Shown piece after piece: positions 20,227 to 29,798 of a stretch of 64,000 nt of DNA. Below the pieces are notes generated by a model, which did not search any database, had not been told where the DNA came from, and saw only the letters and a program-made list of their open reading frames with translations. Made by a program: the position numbers and the translations under genes. This DNA is from Candidatus Aenigmatarchaeota archaeon (GTDB lineage Archaea; Aenigmatarchaeota; Aenigmatarchaeia; CG10238-14; SCSR01): assembly GCA_039000165.1 (NCBI GenBank), contig JAWBTW010000002.1, forward strand, positions 3,245 to 67,244, read 5' to 3'. The first letter of the stretch is position 1, and each line of letters begins with the position of its first letter.

Positions 20227-20688
20227 ATGGAAAAAAGCTTCTATCTGGTAATTATTTTAACCATAATTATTACCGCCTTTTTTGAAATAATATTTCAACT
20301 AACCTATAAAACGAATCCTGCCATTTCTTATATACAATTCTACTCAACTTTTACGGTCCTTGGTTTTTTAGCTTCCTTTACATCTTTGAGGATGTATAAA
20401 GTTTTTTTCAAAACTAAAGAAATTTCTACAGTTAACTTTATGCTAGAACCTAAAAAGCTAAAGGAAGAAATTAAATTTTTACGTAGTTCGCTAATCGTAG
20501 TTTTTATAGGTTGGATTTGTTATGTTGTAGAAATGTGTGTAGAGAATGTTTTCCCAGAGTTATTTTTTAAGTACGAAATAGTTTTTTCAATCTTGTACAA
20601 TTCCTACATTTTTTCCTCTATTTTGCTAGCTCTTACTCTTATTGCCATCTTAAACAATTGGAGGAGGAGGATTTCGGCTTATGCTTGA
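20227..20688 (+). CDS. polytopic membrane protein
   Basis: Four to five hydrophobic helices. Confidence 0.35.
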   Translation: MEKSFYLVIILTIIITAFFEIIFQLTYKTNPAISYIQFYSTFTVLGFLASFTSLRMYKVFFKTKEISTVNFMLEPKKLKEEIKFLRSSLIVVFIGWICYVVEMCVENVFPELFFKYEIVFSILYNSYIFSSILLALTLIAILNNWRRRISAYA

Positions 20689-21124
20689 AAAAGTAAAGAG
20701 TTTTACTTTTTTCAACTTAATTTTTATGCTCGCTATTATTGTGATAAGCGCATTGATAGAATATTACAATGTTCGGTATTTTTTCAACTTCTTAGCTTCT
20801 TTTGCCATTATAATTATTTCAAGTATAGCAGCATACTTCGGTAAAAAGTTTTTAGAAAATTTTGAAAAAAATGAACAGTATGTAGCTACTCTAATATTCA
20901 TACACCCAAAGATTAGAGAAAGTTTTAAGATAATGTTTTTAGCTACTTTTGTTTTCGGAATAATGTGGAGCTTTTTACTATTGAGATTTGTTTTTTCCTT
21001 ACAGAACATTTTTCAACATTTAATTGTGATACTAGATATAGCTCACCTGTTTTCAACTTACTTTGTGCCTCTTTCTATAGCTTATTTTTTCAAAAACCTT
21101 TATGAAATAACAAAAAGTGATTGA
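20681..21124 (+). CDS. polytopic membrane protein
   Basis: Hydrophobic helices. Overlaps the upstream gene by 8 nt. Confidence 0.35.
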   Translation: MLEKVKSFTFFNLIFMLAIIVISALIEYYNVRYFFNFLASFAIIIISSIAAYFGKKFLENFEKNEQYVATLIFIHPKIRESFKIMFLATFVFGIMWSFLLLRFVFSLQNIFQHLIVILDIAHLFSTYFVPLSIAYFFKNLYEITKSD

Positions 21125-21496
21125 ATGGAATTAAAAAGCGAATTAGAAGGGGTGTTAAAGGAAATAAAAATGATAGAAGGAGTTAGAGGAGCAATAATAG
21201 CTAAAAATGATGGACTACTGATAGCTTCTTACCTTCCTTCTGGTCTTAACGCTAAGCTTCTAGCTGCTTTGGCTGCAGCAATAACAAAAAGCTCTTTCGT
21301 ATCGACAAAAGAACTTGGAATGGGAAGCTTTACTCATACAATAGTAAAAGCTTCTAACGGTTATTATGTGTGTTTCCCTGTTGATAGCGAGATGATTTTA
21401 GCATGTTTACTTGAAAAAGATGCTAACTTAGGGATGGTTTTGATAAAGATGGAAAAGAGTATAAAGGAAGTGGTGAATGTACTAAGAAGTATTTAA
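21125..21496 (+). CDS. Roadblock/LC7 domain protein
   Basis: GVRGAIIAKNDGLLIAS...AALAAAI is the typical Roadblock/LC7 pattern. 123 aa. Confidence 0.6.
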   Translation: MELKSELEGVLKEIKMIEGVRGAIIAKNDGLLIASYLPSGLNAKLLAALAAAITKSSFVSTKELGMGSFTHTIVKASNGYYVCFPVDSEMILACLLEKDANLGMVLIKMEKSIKEVVNVLRSI

Positions 21497-21679
21497 TAAA
21501 CTGAAACATTTACACTTGCTATTTTTCCTTCTTCTATCTTAACTTTTCCAATAAAATAAAAATTTTCTCTTTGGTTTGGAGAAATTTTTGGGAAAAAGGC
21601 TGTGAGGGAAGAAAAAAAGTTTAGTATTAGTAAAAAAAGAAAAACAAACAAAATTACGAGCAAGAGTTTCATGTTATCA

Positions 21680-22084
21680 CTAGAACTTTGCTATAACATC
21701 ATAGCTCCCAGCATAAGCTAAGCCGCAGAAGCTTCCGTTTTCTTGTATTTGAGAAGGAAGTACTTTGAAAGCATAGCCCCAAGTGTCGTTGTAGTAAACA
21801 GAAGTTTTACAAGTGCTGAAAGTAATGTTTTCTGGGATCTCAAGATAAGTCCCAGTTGATTTGTAGTAGCTAGGTAAAGTGCCTTCTGGAACTAACCATA
21901 TTTCTTTTGGTGGCCATACGTATTCTCCAAGCTTAAAATTTATACTCCCTCTTATCATTCCAAAAGAAGCTAACAATTCCTTGTTCCCTATCTCTACTAT
22001 TTCGCCTTCCCTTATGCTAGCTTTAAGGGAATGTACCGCTGGTATCAACAAAAGAAAAAACAAAGCCAAACTTATCCTTTTCAT
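21680..22084 (-). CDS. secreted protein
   Basis: Signal peptide MKRISLALFFLLLIPAVHS. Confidence 0.4.
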   Translation of the reverse strand: MKRISLALFFLLLIPAVHSLKASIREGEIVEIGNKELLASFGMIRGSINFKLGEYVWPPKEIWLVPEGTLPSYYKSTGTYLEIPENITFSTCKTSVYYNDTWGYAFKVLPSQIQENGSFCGLAYAGSYDVIAKF

Positions 22085-22128
22085 ACTTTATGAGTTTATT
22101 GGAAAATGGATAAAAGTTTCTTACCTCT

Positions 22129-22755
22129 TTAAGTAGTAAATTTCAAATTTTTTGATTCATACTTACAAAATTTCACGATTGGACACAAATAGCATCTTGG
22201 TTTTGCTCTACAAATTTCTTTACCAAATTCAACAAAAAGACTATTTATTATTAGCCTATACTTTTGGGGAACAATTTTGTGTAAATCTTCCCTTATTTTT
22301 TCTGGTTTATCATTTTTTGTCCATCCTAATCTTTTTGAAATTGTAGCTACATGCGTATCAACAGCAATTACTGGCATACCGAAAGAATAAGAAAGAACAA
22401 CATCAGCAGTTTTTGGACCAACTCCTGGAAGTTTCATAAGTTCATTTCTTGAAGAAGGAACCTTTCCCTCATACTTTTCAATAATAATCTTGCTCACTTC
22501 CTTGATTCTCTTTGCTTTTTGTCTGTAGAAACCTACTTCTTTAATCAAATTTGCAATTTCTTTTTCATCCAACTTCAAAATTTTTTCTGGGGTATCTGCT
22601 TTTGAGAAAAGTTTTCGCCAGGCTTGAGAAGTTTTCTCATCCCTAGTTCTTTGTGAAAGAATAGTACCGATAAGAAGCTTAAAAGGCTCTTCTCTCCAAG
22701 GCTTAATCTTGTATTTTTCGTTGAGTATGGTAATTATTTTCTCAACACTGCTCAC
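22129..22755 (-). CDS. nth: endonuclease III (HhH-GPD DNA glycosylase with 4Fe-4S cluster)
   Basis: HhH motif LMKLPGVGPKTADVV, catalytic D, and C-x6-C-x2-C-x5-C cluster (CRAKPRCYLCPIVKFC). Confidence 0.85.
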   Translation of the reverse strand: MSSVEKIITILNEKYKIKPWREEPFKLLIGTILSQRTRDEKTSQAWRKLFSKADTPEKILKLDEKEIANLIKEVGFYRQKAKRIKEVSKIIIEKYEGKVPSSRNELMKLPGVGPKTADVVLSYSFGMPVIAVDTHVATISKRLGWTKNDKPEKIREDLHKIVPQKYRLIINSLFVEFGKEICRAKPRCYLCPIVKFCKYESKNLKFTT

Positions 22756-22763
22756 AAGAATAA

Positions 22764-23054
22764 TTATTGTTCAGAATATAAAATTTGCATCATTTGATGA
22801 TATATCTTGAGAAATCTTTTTCCTTTTTCTGTTATTTGGTAAGTTATAGGTGAATTTTTCTGCTCGAGTAAACCACAGCTTAAAACCCTTCTAAGGTAAC
22901 GTTCAAGTTGAGTAAAGCTTAAGTTGGCCTTGTACATTATATGTGTTTTGTTTATTGGTCTTGAGGCGAGAGATAGTATATCTGCTATTATTTTAAATTC
23001 TTCTCTACGCGTTTCTTTCTCTTCTTTTGCAAGATTGTTTTTTAAATAAAGCAT
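22764..23054 (-). CDS. small winged-helix DNA-binding protein
   Basis: 96 aa with wHTH-like pattern. Weak. Confidence 0.3.
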   Translation of the reverse strand: MLYLKNNLAKEEKETRREEFKIIADILSLASRPINKTHIMYKANLSFTQLERYLRRVLSCGLLEQKNSPITYQITEKGKRFLKIYHQMMQILYSEQ

Positions 23055-23179
23055 TTTTTGAATTTGGGTTCAAAGATTTTTAAGCTTTTTGGGTAAAAAA
23101 GATTTAAGAGCAAGACTTATTTTATTATTATTGTTTTTATGGTTAAGCAAATCTATATTATATTCTCCAGAAATGTTTA

Positions 23180-25987
23180 GTGGTAATTATGGTTTTTGAG
23201 CTACTCAATCCCCAACTGAGAAAAATTATAGAAAAAAGGTTTAAGCAACCAACCTTACCACAAAAACTTGCAATTCCACCTATTTTAGAAGGAAAAAATG
23301 TCTTAGTTATTGCGCCTACAGGTACAGGAAAAACTGAAAGTTGCATGCTTCCTTTATTTCATTTTCTTATGGAAAAAAAACCTAAGCCTATAAGTATTCT
23401 TTACATTACTCCCCTAAAAGCCCTTAATCGAGACCTCCTTGAAAGGCTTTTATGGTGGTGTAATGAAATTGGAATAGAGGCTTCTGTTAGACATGGTGAT
23501 ACAAGCTCTTATGAAAGAAAGTTGCAAGTAGAGTTTCCTCCTTCTCTACTTATAACAACTCCGGAAACTTTACAAGCAATTTTGCCTGGGAAAAAAATAA
23601 GGGAACATTTGAGTAATGTAAAATGGGTAGTAATAGATGAAGTGCATGAAATAGCTGACTCAAAAAGAGGAACGCAATTGAGTCTAGCCCTAGAAAGATT
23701 GAGAGAAATTTGTAAAGACTTTCAGGTTATAGGGTTAAGCGCAACCGTAGGTTCACCAGAAAAAGTTGCAAAGTTCATATCGCCTAACAAACCGATAGAA
23801 ATTATAAAAGCGACTTTTCCAAAAGGGATGAAAATAAAGGTAGTATATCCAAAGCCTGAGCTTAAAGACAAAAAAATAAGCGAGAAAATAGTTGCTTCTC
23901 CAGAAACTGCTGCAAGACTTAGGTTTATAATGGAAATGATCAAAAAATCACGTTCAGCTTTGACCTTTACTAACACAAGAGAGTTTGCTGAAATTTTAGC
24001 ATCAAGAGTTAAAGCAATAGATAAAAACTTTCCCGTAGGTGTTCATCATTCAAGCCTGAGCAAAGAAGTTAGAATCAAAACTGAGAAAGAATTCAAGCAA
24101 GAAAAAATAAAAGCAATAATCTCAACAAGCTCTTTACAACTTGGAATAGATGTGGGTAGCGTGGATTTAGTTCTTCAGTACATGAGCCCTAGACAAGTAA
24201 CACAACTAATTCAAAGAGTTGGAAGAAGCGGACATGAAGTTGAAAGAATGGCTAAAGGTATAGTAATTTCAACAGATGAAGATGATATTTTTGAGTCTGC
24301 AGTAATAGCAAGAAAAGCCTTAAAAGAAGAGCTTGAAGAATTGAAGTTTTATGAAAATTCTTACGATGTTTTAGCTCATCAAATAGTTGGCCTAACCCAT
24401 GATTTCTGGAAAATAGAAGTAGAGAAAGCTTACCAAATAGTAAAAAGAGCATTTCCTTACAGGAATTTGAGCTACACAGAATTTTTAGAAGTTTGTAAGC
24501 AACTTCAACAACTCGGTTTGATATTCTTAGATAAAGAAATAAGGAAGAAAAGAAGAGGTTTTGAATATTACTTTTCACAACTTTCAACGATTCCTGACGT
24601 GAAACAATACAAAATATTTAACGCCTTAGACAACAGTTTTGTTGGAGTCTTAGACGAGGAATTTGTTGCCTTGCATGCTCAAGTCGGGAATAGTTTTATA
24701 GTTAAAGGTGAGGCTTGGAGAATTCTTGATATTAAAGAGGATAAGATATTGGTAGAGCCAACTGTTGATGTAGAAGCTGCCATTCCTGCATGGGAAGGTG
24801 AGCTGATTCCTGTACCTTTTGAAGTTGCTCAAGAAGTTGGAAGGTTAAGAAGCCTAATTGCAAACCTGCTTGAAAAAGGAGAAGAAGAAACAACCAAAAA
24901 AATTTTGGAGCTTTATCCTGTGGATGAAAATTGCGCTAGGGAGATGATAGAAACAATAAAAAAACAGCTAAATTATGGTGTTATTCCAGATGATCGAACA
25001 ATTCTTGTAGAAGATTATGAGAATACTATAATAATTCATGCTTGTTTTGGTTCCTTAATTAACGAAACTCTTGGTAGGTTTATTTCTGCCTTATTAGCAC
25101 CAAGGATTGGCTCGGTAGGTTTGAAAACTGATCCGTACAGAATAATCCTTCAGCTACAGATTAAAAATCTTGAAGTTATTAAAGAAATAATTTTCAATTC
25201 CAATCCGAAATTATTAAGAAGTTACCTAGAAATTAGTCTGACAAAAAGTGATTTGTTCGAGTGGAAGTTTGTTCACGTGGCAAAAAGGTTTGGTGTAATA
25301 GCAAAAGATGCAGAATATGGAAAAACTACAATAAAAAGAATAATAGAAGATTATGTTGGTTCACCTATATTCAAAGAAACATTAAAAGAATTGGAAACAG
25401 AGAAGCTTGATATAGAGAAAACCAAAGAAATACTCAAAAAAATCCAAACTGGAGAAATAAAAGTGGTTTTTAAGCAAGGATTATCATTCTTAGGAAAAGT
25501 TGGTTTAAGACATAAGTATTTGGAAGTTCTTGGTCCCTCAAAACCCGAGCAAGAAATTTTTAGACTTTTTAAACAAAGACTTCTAAGCACCAAATTAAGA
25601 TTTGTTTGTTTGAATTGTGGAGAATGGAGCCAAACTTTTGTTTTAAAGAATGTTCCTGAAGACTTGAAATGTAAAAAATGTGAAGCTAGATTGCTTGGAA
25701 TAACTAGAAGTACTAATCAAAAAATATTGAAGATAGTAAAGAAAAAGTTAAGAAACCTTGGGATAACAAAAGATGAGGAAAAACAACTTGAAAGAATAAG
25801 AAAAACTGCAGATTTGTTCTTAACTTATGGTAAAAAAGCTGCTTACTGTTTGGCAGGGAAAGGTATAGGTCCGGACACCGCAATAAAAATATTGTCAAAG
25901 TTTCATAAAAATGAAGAGGAACTTTTCAAAAGCATATTGGAAGCGGAAAGGAATTACTTAAAGACAAGAAGGTACTGGAGTGTTTAA
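23180..25987 (+). CDS. lhr: Lhr-like ATP-dependent DEAD/DEAH helicase
   Basis: Q motif plus Walker A APTGTGKT, DEVHE box, SAT, QRVGRSGH (motif VI). Roughly 930 aa Lhr-core architecture with a Cys4 near the C-terminus. Confidence 0.8.
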   Translation: MVIMVFELLNPQLRKIIEKRFKQPTLPQKLAIPPILEGKNVLVIAPTGTGKTESCMLPLFHFLMEKKPKPISILYITPLKALNRDLLERLLWWCNEIGIEASVRHGDTSSYERKLQVEFPPSLLITTPETLQAILPGKKIREHLSNVKWVVIDEVHEIADSKRGTQLSLALERLREICKDFQVIGLSATVGSPEKVAKFISPNKPIEIIKATFPKGMKIKVVYPKPELKDKKISEKIVASPETAARLRFIMEMIKKSRSALTFTNTREFAEILASRVKAIDKNFPVGVHHSSLSKEVRIKTEKEFKQEKIKAIISTSSLQLGIDVGSVDLVLQYMSPRQVTQLIQRVGRSGHEVERMAKGIVISTDEDDIFESAVIARKALKEELEELKFYENSYDVLAHQIVGLTHDFWKIEVEKAYQIVKRAFPYRNLSYTEFLEVCKQLQQLGLIFLDKEIRKKRRGFEYYFSQLSTIPDVKQYKIFNALDNSFVGVLDEEFVALHAQVGNSFIVKGEAWRILDIKEDKILVEPTVDVEAAIPAWEGELIPVPFEVAQEVGRLRSLIANLLEKGEEETTKKILELYPVDENCAREMIETIKKQLNYGVIPDDRTILVEDYENTIIIHACFGSLINETLGRFISALLAPRIGSVGLKTDPYRIILQLQIKNLEVIKEIIFNSNPKLLRSYLEISLTKSDLFEWKFVHVAKRFGVIAKDAEYGKTTIKRIIEDYVGSPIFKETLKELETEKLDIEKTKEILKKIQTGEIKVVFKQGLSFLGKVGLRHKYLEVLGPSKPEQEIFRLFKQRLLSTKLRFVCLNCGEWSQTFVLKNVPEDLKCKKCEARLLGITRSTNQKILKIVKKKLRNLGITKDEEKQLERIRKTADLFLTYGKKAAYCLAGKGIGPDTAIKILSKFHKNEEELFKSILEAERNYLKTRRYWSV

Positions 25988-26018
25988 AGATAAATACCTA
26001 GTTTGATTAAATTAAATT

Positions 26019-26423
26019 ATGGAAGAACTTGAGATGATACTTAAGTTGCTTCTCTCTGTTTTTCTTGGTAGTTTGATTGGTTATGAAAGACAAATAAGGG
26101 CAAAGCCTGCAGGTTTAAGAACTCATATGCTGATTTGTTTGGGTTCAACTCTTTTAACGATAATGTCTTTAACTGCTTTTCCTAATGCTGACACTTCAAG
26201 AATGGCAGCTTATATAATAGTTGGAATAGGTTTTATCGGTGGTGGCACAATTTTCCAGTTCAAAGATAAGGTTATTGGTCTAACCACAGCAGCCTCTTTA
26301 TGGGTTGTTGCTTCGATAGGAATAGCTGTAGGTGTGGGTTATTATTTGTTAGCAAGTATATCCACTTTGATAGTTTACATAATTCTAAGACTTAGTGTGA
26401 TAGAAAACGGAATAAAAGGATAA
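26019..26423 (+). CDS. mgtC: MgtC/SapB family membrane protein
   Basis: LLLSVFLGSLIGYERQ...AGLRTHMLICLGSTL is the conserved MgtC N-terminal signature. Confidence 0.7.
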   Translation: MEELEMILKLLLSVFLGSLIGYERQIRAKPAGLRTHMLICLGSTLLTIMSLTAFPNADTSRMAAYIIVGIGFIGGGTIFQFKDKVIGLTTAASLWVVASIGIAVGVGYYLLASISTLIVYIILRLSVIENGIKG

Positions 26424-26454
26424 AAATTTATTTATCCCATGCCTTAAAAAAAAT

Positions 26455-27099
26455 ATGGCTGTTTTTGTTGTAAGCATAGATGGACCAGACTTTTGTGGAA
26501 AAACTACTATAGCTAATATAGTCACTGAACTTTTGAGAAGGAAGTATAAGAACTTGAAGATAAAAAGAACCGAATTACCAACAAGCTTTGTTACGGGAGC
26601 TTTTACTGATATCTTAAGAAGTATGAAAGAAACTCCTGCCCAAGAAGTGTTCGCATTAATATATGCAGCAGACCACCTATTTCACTACTTAAACACGATC
26701 AAACCTTTAGAAGAGTTGAAAGAAAATTTTCTTGTCATTCAAGAAAGATCTTTACTCACTACTTATATCTATCAAGGAATTTTAGGAAAAGTAGATTTTT
26801 CTTGGTTGGACGAGATAAATAAGTATGACAAGAATTTACCAATCTTAACTCTAATACTTAAAGTTCCTACAGAGGAGCTTAAAAACAGAAAATACTTGAG
26901 TAAAAGGTTATTCGACTTTTTTGAGGAAGTAAATTATCTTGAAAAACAAGCTGAAATTTACTACAACCTTCCAGAGGAATTGGTCAAAAAGTTTAACGTA
27001 GAGTATGTAGAAGCTAATGTTGAACCCTTAGAAGTAGCAGAAAGATGTACAAAAATAATAAGCGAAAAAATTGAAAAATTATTTAACTTCAAGGCTTGA
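26455..27099 (+). CDS. thymidylate kinase-like P-loop kinase
   Basis: P-loop IDGPDFCGKTT and tmk-like region IYAADHLFH. Family-level only. Confidence 0.5.
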   Translation: MAVFVVSIDGPDFCGKTTIANIVTELLRRKYKNLKIKRTELPTSFVTGAFTDILRSMKETPAQEVFALIYAADHLFHYLNTIKPLEELKENFLVIQERSLLTTYIYQGILGKVDFSWLDEINKYDKNLPILTLILKVPTEELKNRKYLSKRLFDFFEEVNYLEKQAEIYYNLPEELVKKFNVEYVEANVEPLEVAERCTKIISEKIEKLFNFKA

Positions 27100-27513
27100 C
27101 CAAAAAGTTCTTTTCTTTTTCAACCATTTATAGTAATCCTTGATAATTTTTGCATGATCAAAAGCGAGGTTTTTTAAGTTTATTTTTTTAAGTTCGTACC
27201 AGTCAACATCTTGAGCATCTCCTCCTGCTTCTAGTTCGCCACCGGCAACTTCAGCAACAAAAACTATTGAAACTGTATGTCCTCTAGGATCTCTTTCTGG
27301 ATCTGAATACACACCTAAAATCTCTTTCGGTTTGACAACAAGAGAAGTTTCCTCCTCAACCTCTCTTATCAAAGCTTGTTCAACTTTTTCTCCCTCTTCA
27401 ACCAATCCGCCAGGAAGAGCGAGCATTCCTTCAAAAGGTTCTGAAGCTCTTGTTATCAAAAGAATTTTATTTCCTTTTTCAACTATCGCATCAACTGCTA
27501 AATTAATTCCCAT
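27079..27513 (-). CDS. NUDIX hydrolase
   Basis: Nudix box GGLVEEGEKVEQALIREVEEETSL. Confidence 0.8.
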   Translation of the reverse strand: MGINLAVDAIVEKGNKILLITRASEPFEGMLALPGGLVEEGEKVEQALIREVEEETSLVVKPKEILGVYSDPERDPRGHTVSIVFVAEVAGGELEAGGDAQDVDWYELKKINLKNLAFDHAKIIKDYYKWLKKKRTFWSSLEVK

Positions 27514-27535
27514 ATTTTATATTTTGATTTTTAAT

Positions 27536-27892
27536 TTAAAATCGTTTAGTTTCGAACTTCTTGAATTTTTTTTCATTTTTCATCATTTTTTTCAGGTACT
27601 CCTTTTCAATGTCTAGGTTTAGAAGTTGGTCCGCAAGTTTAAGGAAGTAGACGAAAACATCTATTATTTCTTCTTTCAATTTGTTGTATTCTTTTTTTGG
27701 GATTTCTTTTGAGAAGTTGAACTCTCTTAAAATTTTTTTAACAGTATTAGCAAATTCCCCAACTTCTCCTGCTAAAGCTATTGTACCATACTGCAAATGC
27801 TTAATTTTTTCTTCTTTCAAAGATTTAGACCAGTCCCAGCCATGTTTTCTATCAAAATCTCTTTGAAACTTTGCAATTTCTTTCAAATTCAT
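27536..27892 (-). CDS. MazG-like nucleotide pyrophosphohydrolase
   Basis: MazG NTP-PPase motif ALAGEVGEFANTVKK in about 118 aa. Confidence 0.65.
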   Translation of the reverse strand: MNLKEIAKFQRDFDRKHGWDWSKSLKEEKIKHLQYGTIALAGEVGEFANTVKKILREFNFSKEIPKKEYNKLKEEIIDVFVYFLKLADQLLNLDIEKEYLKKMMKNEKKFKKFETKRF

Positions 27893-27893
27893 A

Positions 27894-27964
27894 TGGGCCC
27901 GAGGAGAGTCGAACTCCTTTCTTCGCCGCGTCAGGGCGACGTCCTACCGTTAGACTACGGGCCC
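27894..27964 (-). tRNA. tRNA-Val (anticodon GAC)
   Basis: Reverse complement folds as a cloverleaf: acceptor GGGCCCG/CGGGCCC, anticodon loop CUGACGC, T-arm AGGAG-UUCGACU-CUCCU. No encoded CCA. Confidence 0.85.
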
Positions 27965-28021
27965 ATAATATCTCTTAATTATTCATAATCGCGATTCTTT
28001 AAAAAAATTTCTATGACAAAT

Positions 28022-28846
28022 TTAAACAAAATTTTTTATTAGCATTCCTTTCTTCTTTCTTTTATCATAACAGTAAATTTTTTTAAACCCAACTTCTTTC
28101 AATCTTTCTAAAGCTTCTTTTATCCTATCTCCAGTCCTTTCTGGTAAATGAGCATCTGAACCTATTGTTACAATTTTTACACCAGAATCTAAACAAAGTT
28201 TGAGAAATTCGTAACTTGGAAAGAAATCGTTAACTCCATGAAAAAACCCAGAAGTATTAATTTCAATTCCTGTATCGTTAGTAAGTAAAGCTTCTATTAC
28301 TTTCTCTACAAACTTTCTGTATTTCTCAAAAGGTAACTCTTTTCCGAAAAATTTTGTTGCATTTTTTCTTATGCAATCTGGATGAGCTAAAACATCGAAA
28401 AGATTACTTTCCACAGTTTCGATAACCCTATCGAAGTATATTCTATAAGCTTCTTGTAAGCTCTTGTTCTTAAAAAACCTAATAGAATCTTCAAGACTAC
28501 CAGCTATTAAAATATTGCCAACATAATGAACAGAACCCAAAAGAAAATCGAACTCATGCTCGCCCAAAACTTTTTCTATTTTTTCATGTTCAGAAGCCCA
28601 ATAATCCACTTCTAACCCAAATTTTATTTTCACTCTAAATTCTTTTTTTGCCTTTTCTATGTTCTCAAAATGTTCTGGTATTTGATGAAGAAGTATGCTT
28701 TCCCCTGGAGAGTTAAGTTTAAATATGTTGAAATGATTCGTGAAAGCGATTTCCTTAAGATTCTTTTCATTAGCGACTTTGCAGTAATCTTCAACTTTGC
28801 CTTTGGCATCTTGAGTATAATCTGTGTGAATATGATAATCTATCAT
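28022..28846 (-). CDS. PHP-domain phosphoesterase (histidinol-phosphatase family)
   Basis: N-terminal MIDYHIHTDYT metal-binding motif and PHP-domain histidines. Confidence 0.65.
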   Translation of the reverse strand: MIDYHIHTDYTQDAKGKVEDYCKVANEKNLKEIAFTNHFNIFKLNSPGESILLHQIPEHFENIEKAKKEFRVKIKFGLEVDYWASEHEKIEKVLGEHEFDFLLGSVHYVGNILIAGSLEDSIRFFKNKSLQEAYRIYFDRVIETVESNLFDVLAHPDCIRKNATKFFGKELPFEKYRKFVEKVIEALLTNDTGIEINTSGFFHGVNDFFPSYEFLKLCLDSGVKIVTIGSDAHLPERTGDRIKEALERLKEVGFKKIYCYDKRKKKGMLIKNFV

Positions 28847-28888
28847 TAATTATTTCTGCTGATTAAGAAATAATAAAACTTATAAACA

Positions 28889-28974
28889 CGCCCGGGGCGG
28901 GATTTGAACCCGCAAGAGCCAAAAGGCTCCCTAGCTTAGCAGGCTAGTGCACTACCAGGTTGTGCGACCCGGGC
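28889..28974 (-). tRNA. tRNA-Ser (anticodon GCU)
   Basis: Reverse complement: acceptor GCCCGGG/CCCGGGC, anticodon loop CUGCUAA, long variable arm, T-arm GCGGG-UUCAAAU-CCCGC. Confidence 0.85.
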
Positions 28975-29096
28975 TTAAACGATATTTACCTAATTCAATT
29001 TTTAATTTTTTCACTGAAATTTAAATTTGTTTAAGCTTTTTAAAAATAAGAATCCTTATATTATTTTAAATACAAATTTTATAAGGAGGAATAAAA

Positions 29097-29399
29097 ATGC
29101 CTATAACAGTTAAAGATATTCAAGAGATGTTTGGAAAGGATGTTTTCACAGGAAAGGGTTTTTATTGTGGAAAAGTTTCAGACGTTGAGCTTGACCTTTC
29201 AAGGTTCAAGATTAGAGCTTTAGTAATAGAAGCTGCAAAAGAATCTTTTCTTGCTAAATTGGTTGGGAGTAAAAAAGGCTTAGTAGTTCCTTACAGTATG
29301 GTTCAAGCAGTTGGTGACATAGTAATTATCAAGCACATTCAGACACCAGAAGTTAGCGAAGAAGGAGAGATGGCCGAAACACAAACTGGAGCTGTATGA
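29097..29399 (+). CDS. PRC-barrel domain protein
   Basis: 100 aa with an archaeal PRC-barrel-like pattern (VSDVELDLSRFKIRALVIE...VPYSMVQAVGDIVIIKH). Preceded by a GGAGG RBS. Confidence 0.6.
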   Translation: MPITVKDIQEMFGKDVFTGKGFYCGKVSDVELDLSRFKIRALVIEAAKESFLAKLVGSKKGLVVPYSMVQAVGDIVIIKHIQTPEVSEEGEMAETQTGAV

Positions 29400-29662
29400 A
29401 CGAAGGAAAAAAACCACAAAGAACAAAGGATTTAATTTGGAGTAAAGCTGGAGATGTTTATCTCCTTCTTGATAAGGATACTAACGAAACTTATACTCTT
29501 GATCCAATAGCTTTTCTTGTTTGGATTCAGTGTGATGGAAAATCCGACATAGAGCAAATAGTTGACGTTTTCTCAGTAAACGGAAATAGAGATATAGTTA
29601 AGGCTGCTATTCTCGGGATTTTGGAAAAATTACAAAAATCTGGTTTAATCAAGTGGGTTTAA
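29396..29662 (+). CDS. PqqD-family (RiPP recognition element-like) protein
   Basis: 88 aa. YLLLDKDTNETYTLDPIAFLVWIQCDGKSDIEQIV...LQKSGLI matches the PqqD/RRE pattern. Start overlaps the PRC-barrel stop (ATGA). Confidence 0.6.
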   Translation: MNEGKKPQRTKDLIWSKAGDVYLLLDKDTNETYTLDPIAFLVWIQCDGKSDIEQIVDVFSVNGNRDIVKAAILGILEKLQKSGLIKWV

Positions 29663-29798
29663 AAAAAATAAAAAGAAAAAGGAAGAATCACCAAAACTCT
29701 TCTTCCTCTTCCTCATCCCAGTCGGCATCTTCTAATGGGTCTGGTATATCCTCGTCCATACCATCGCCCCTTTTTAAATGCACCAAAAAAGGTGCATT

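Noticed and set aside
23722-25898. Several 60-110-aa ORFs antisense to the lhr helicase gene.
   Set aside because: Embedded entirely within a well-supported 935-aa CDS on the opposite strand. Typical AT-rich antisense noise.
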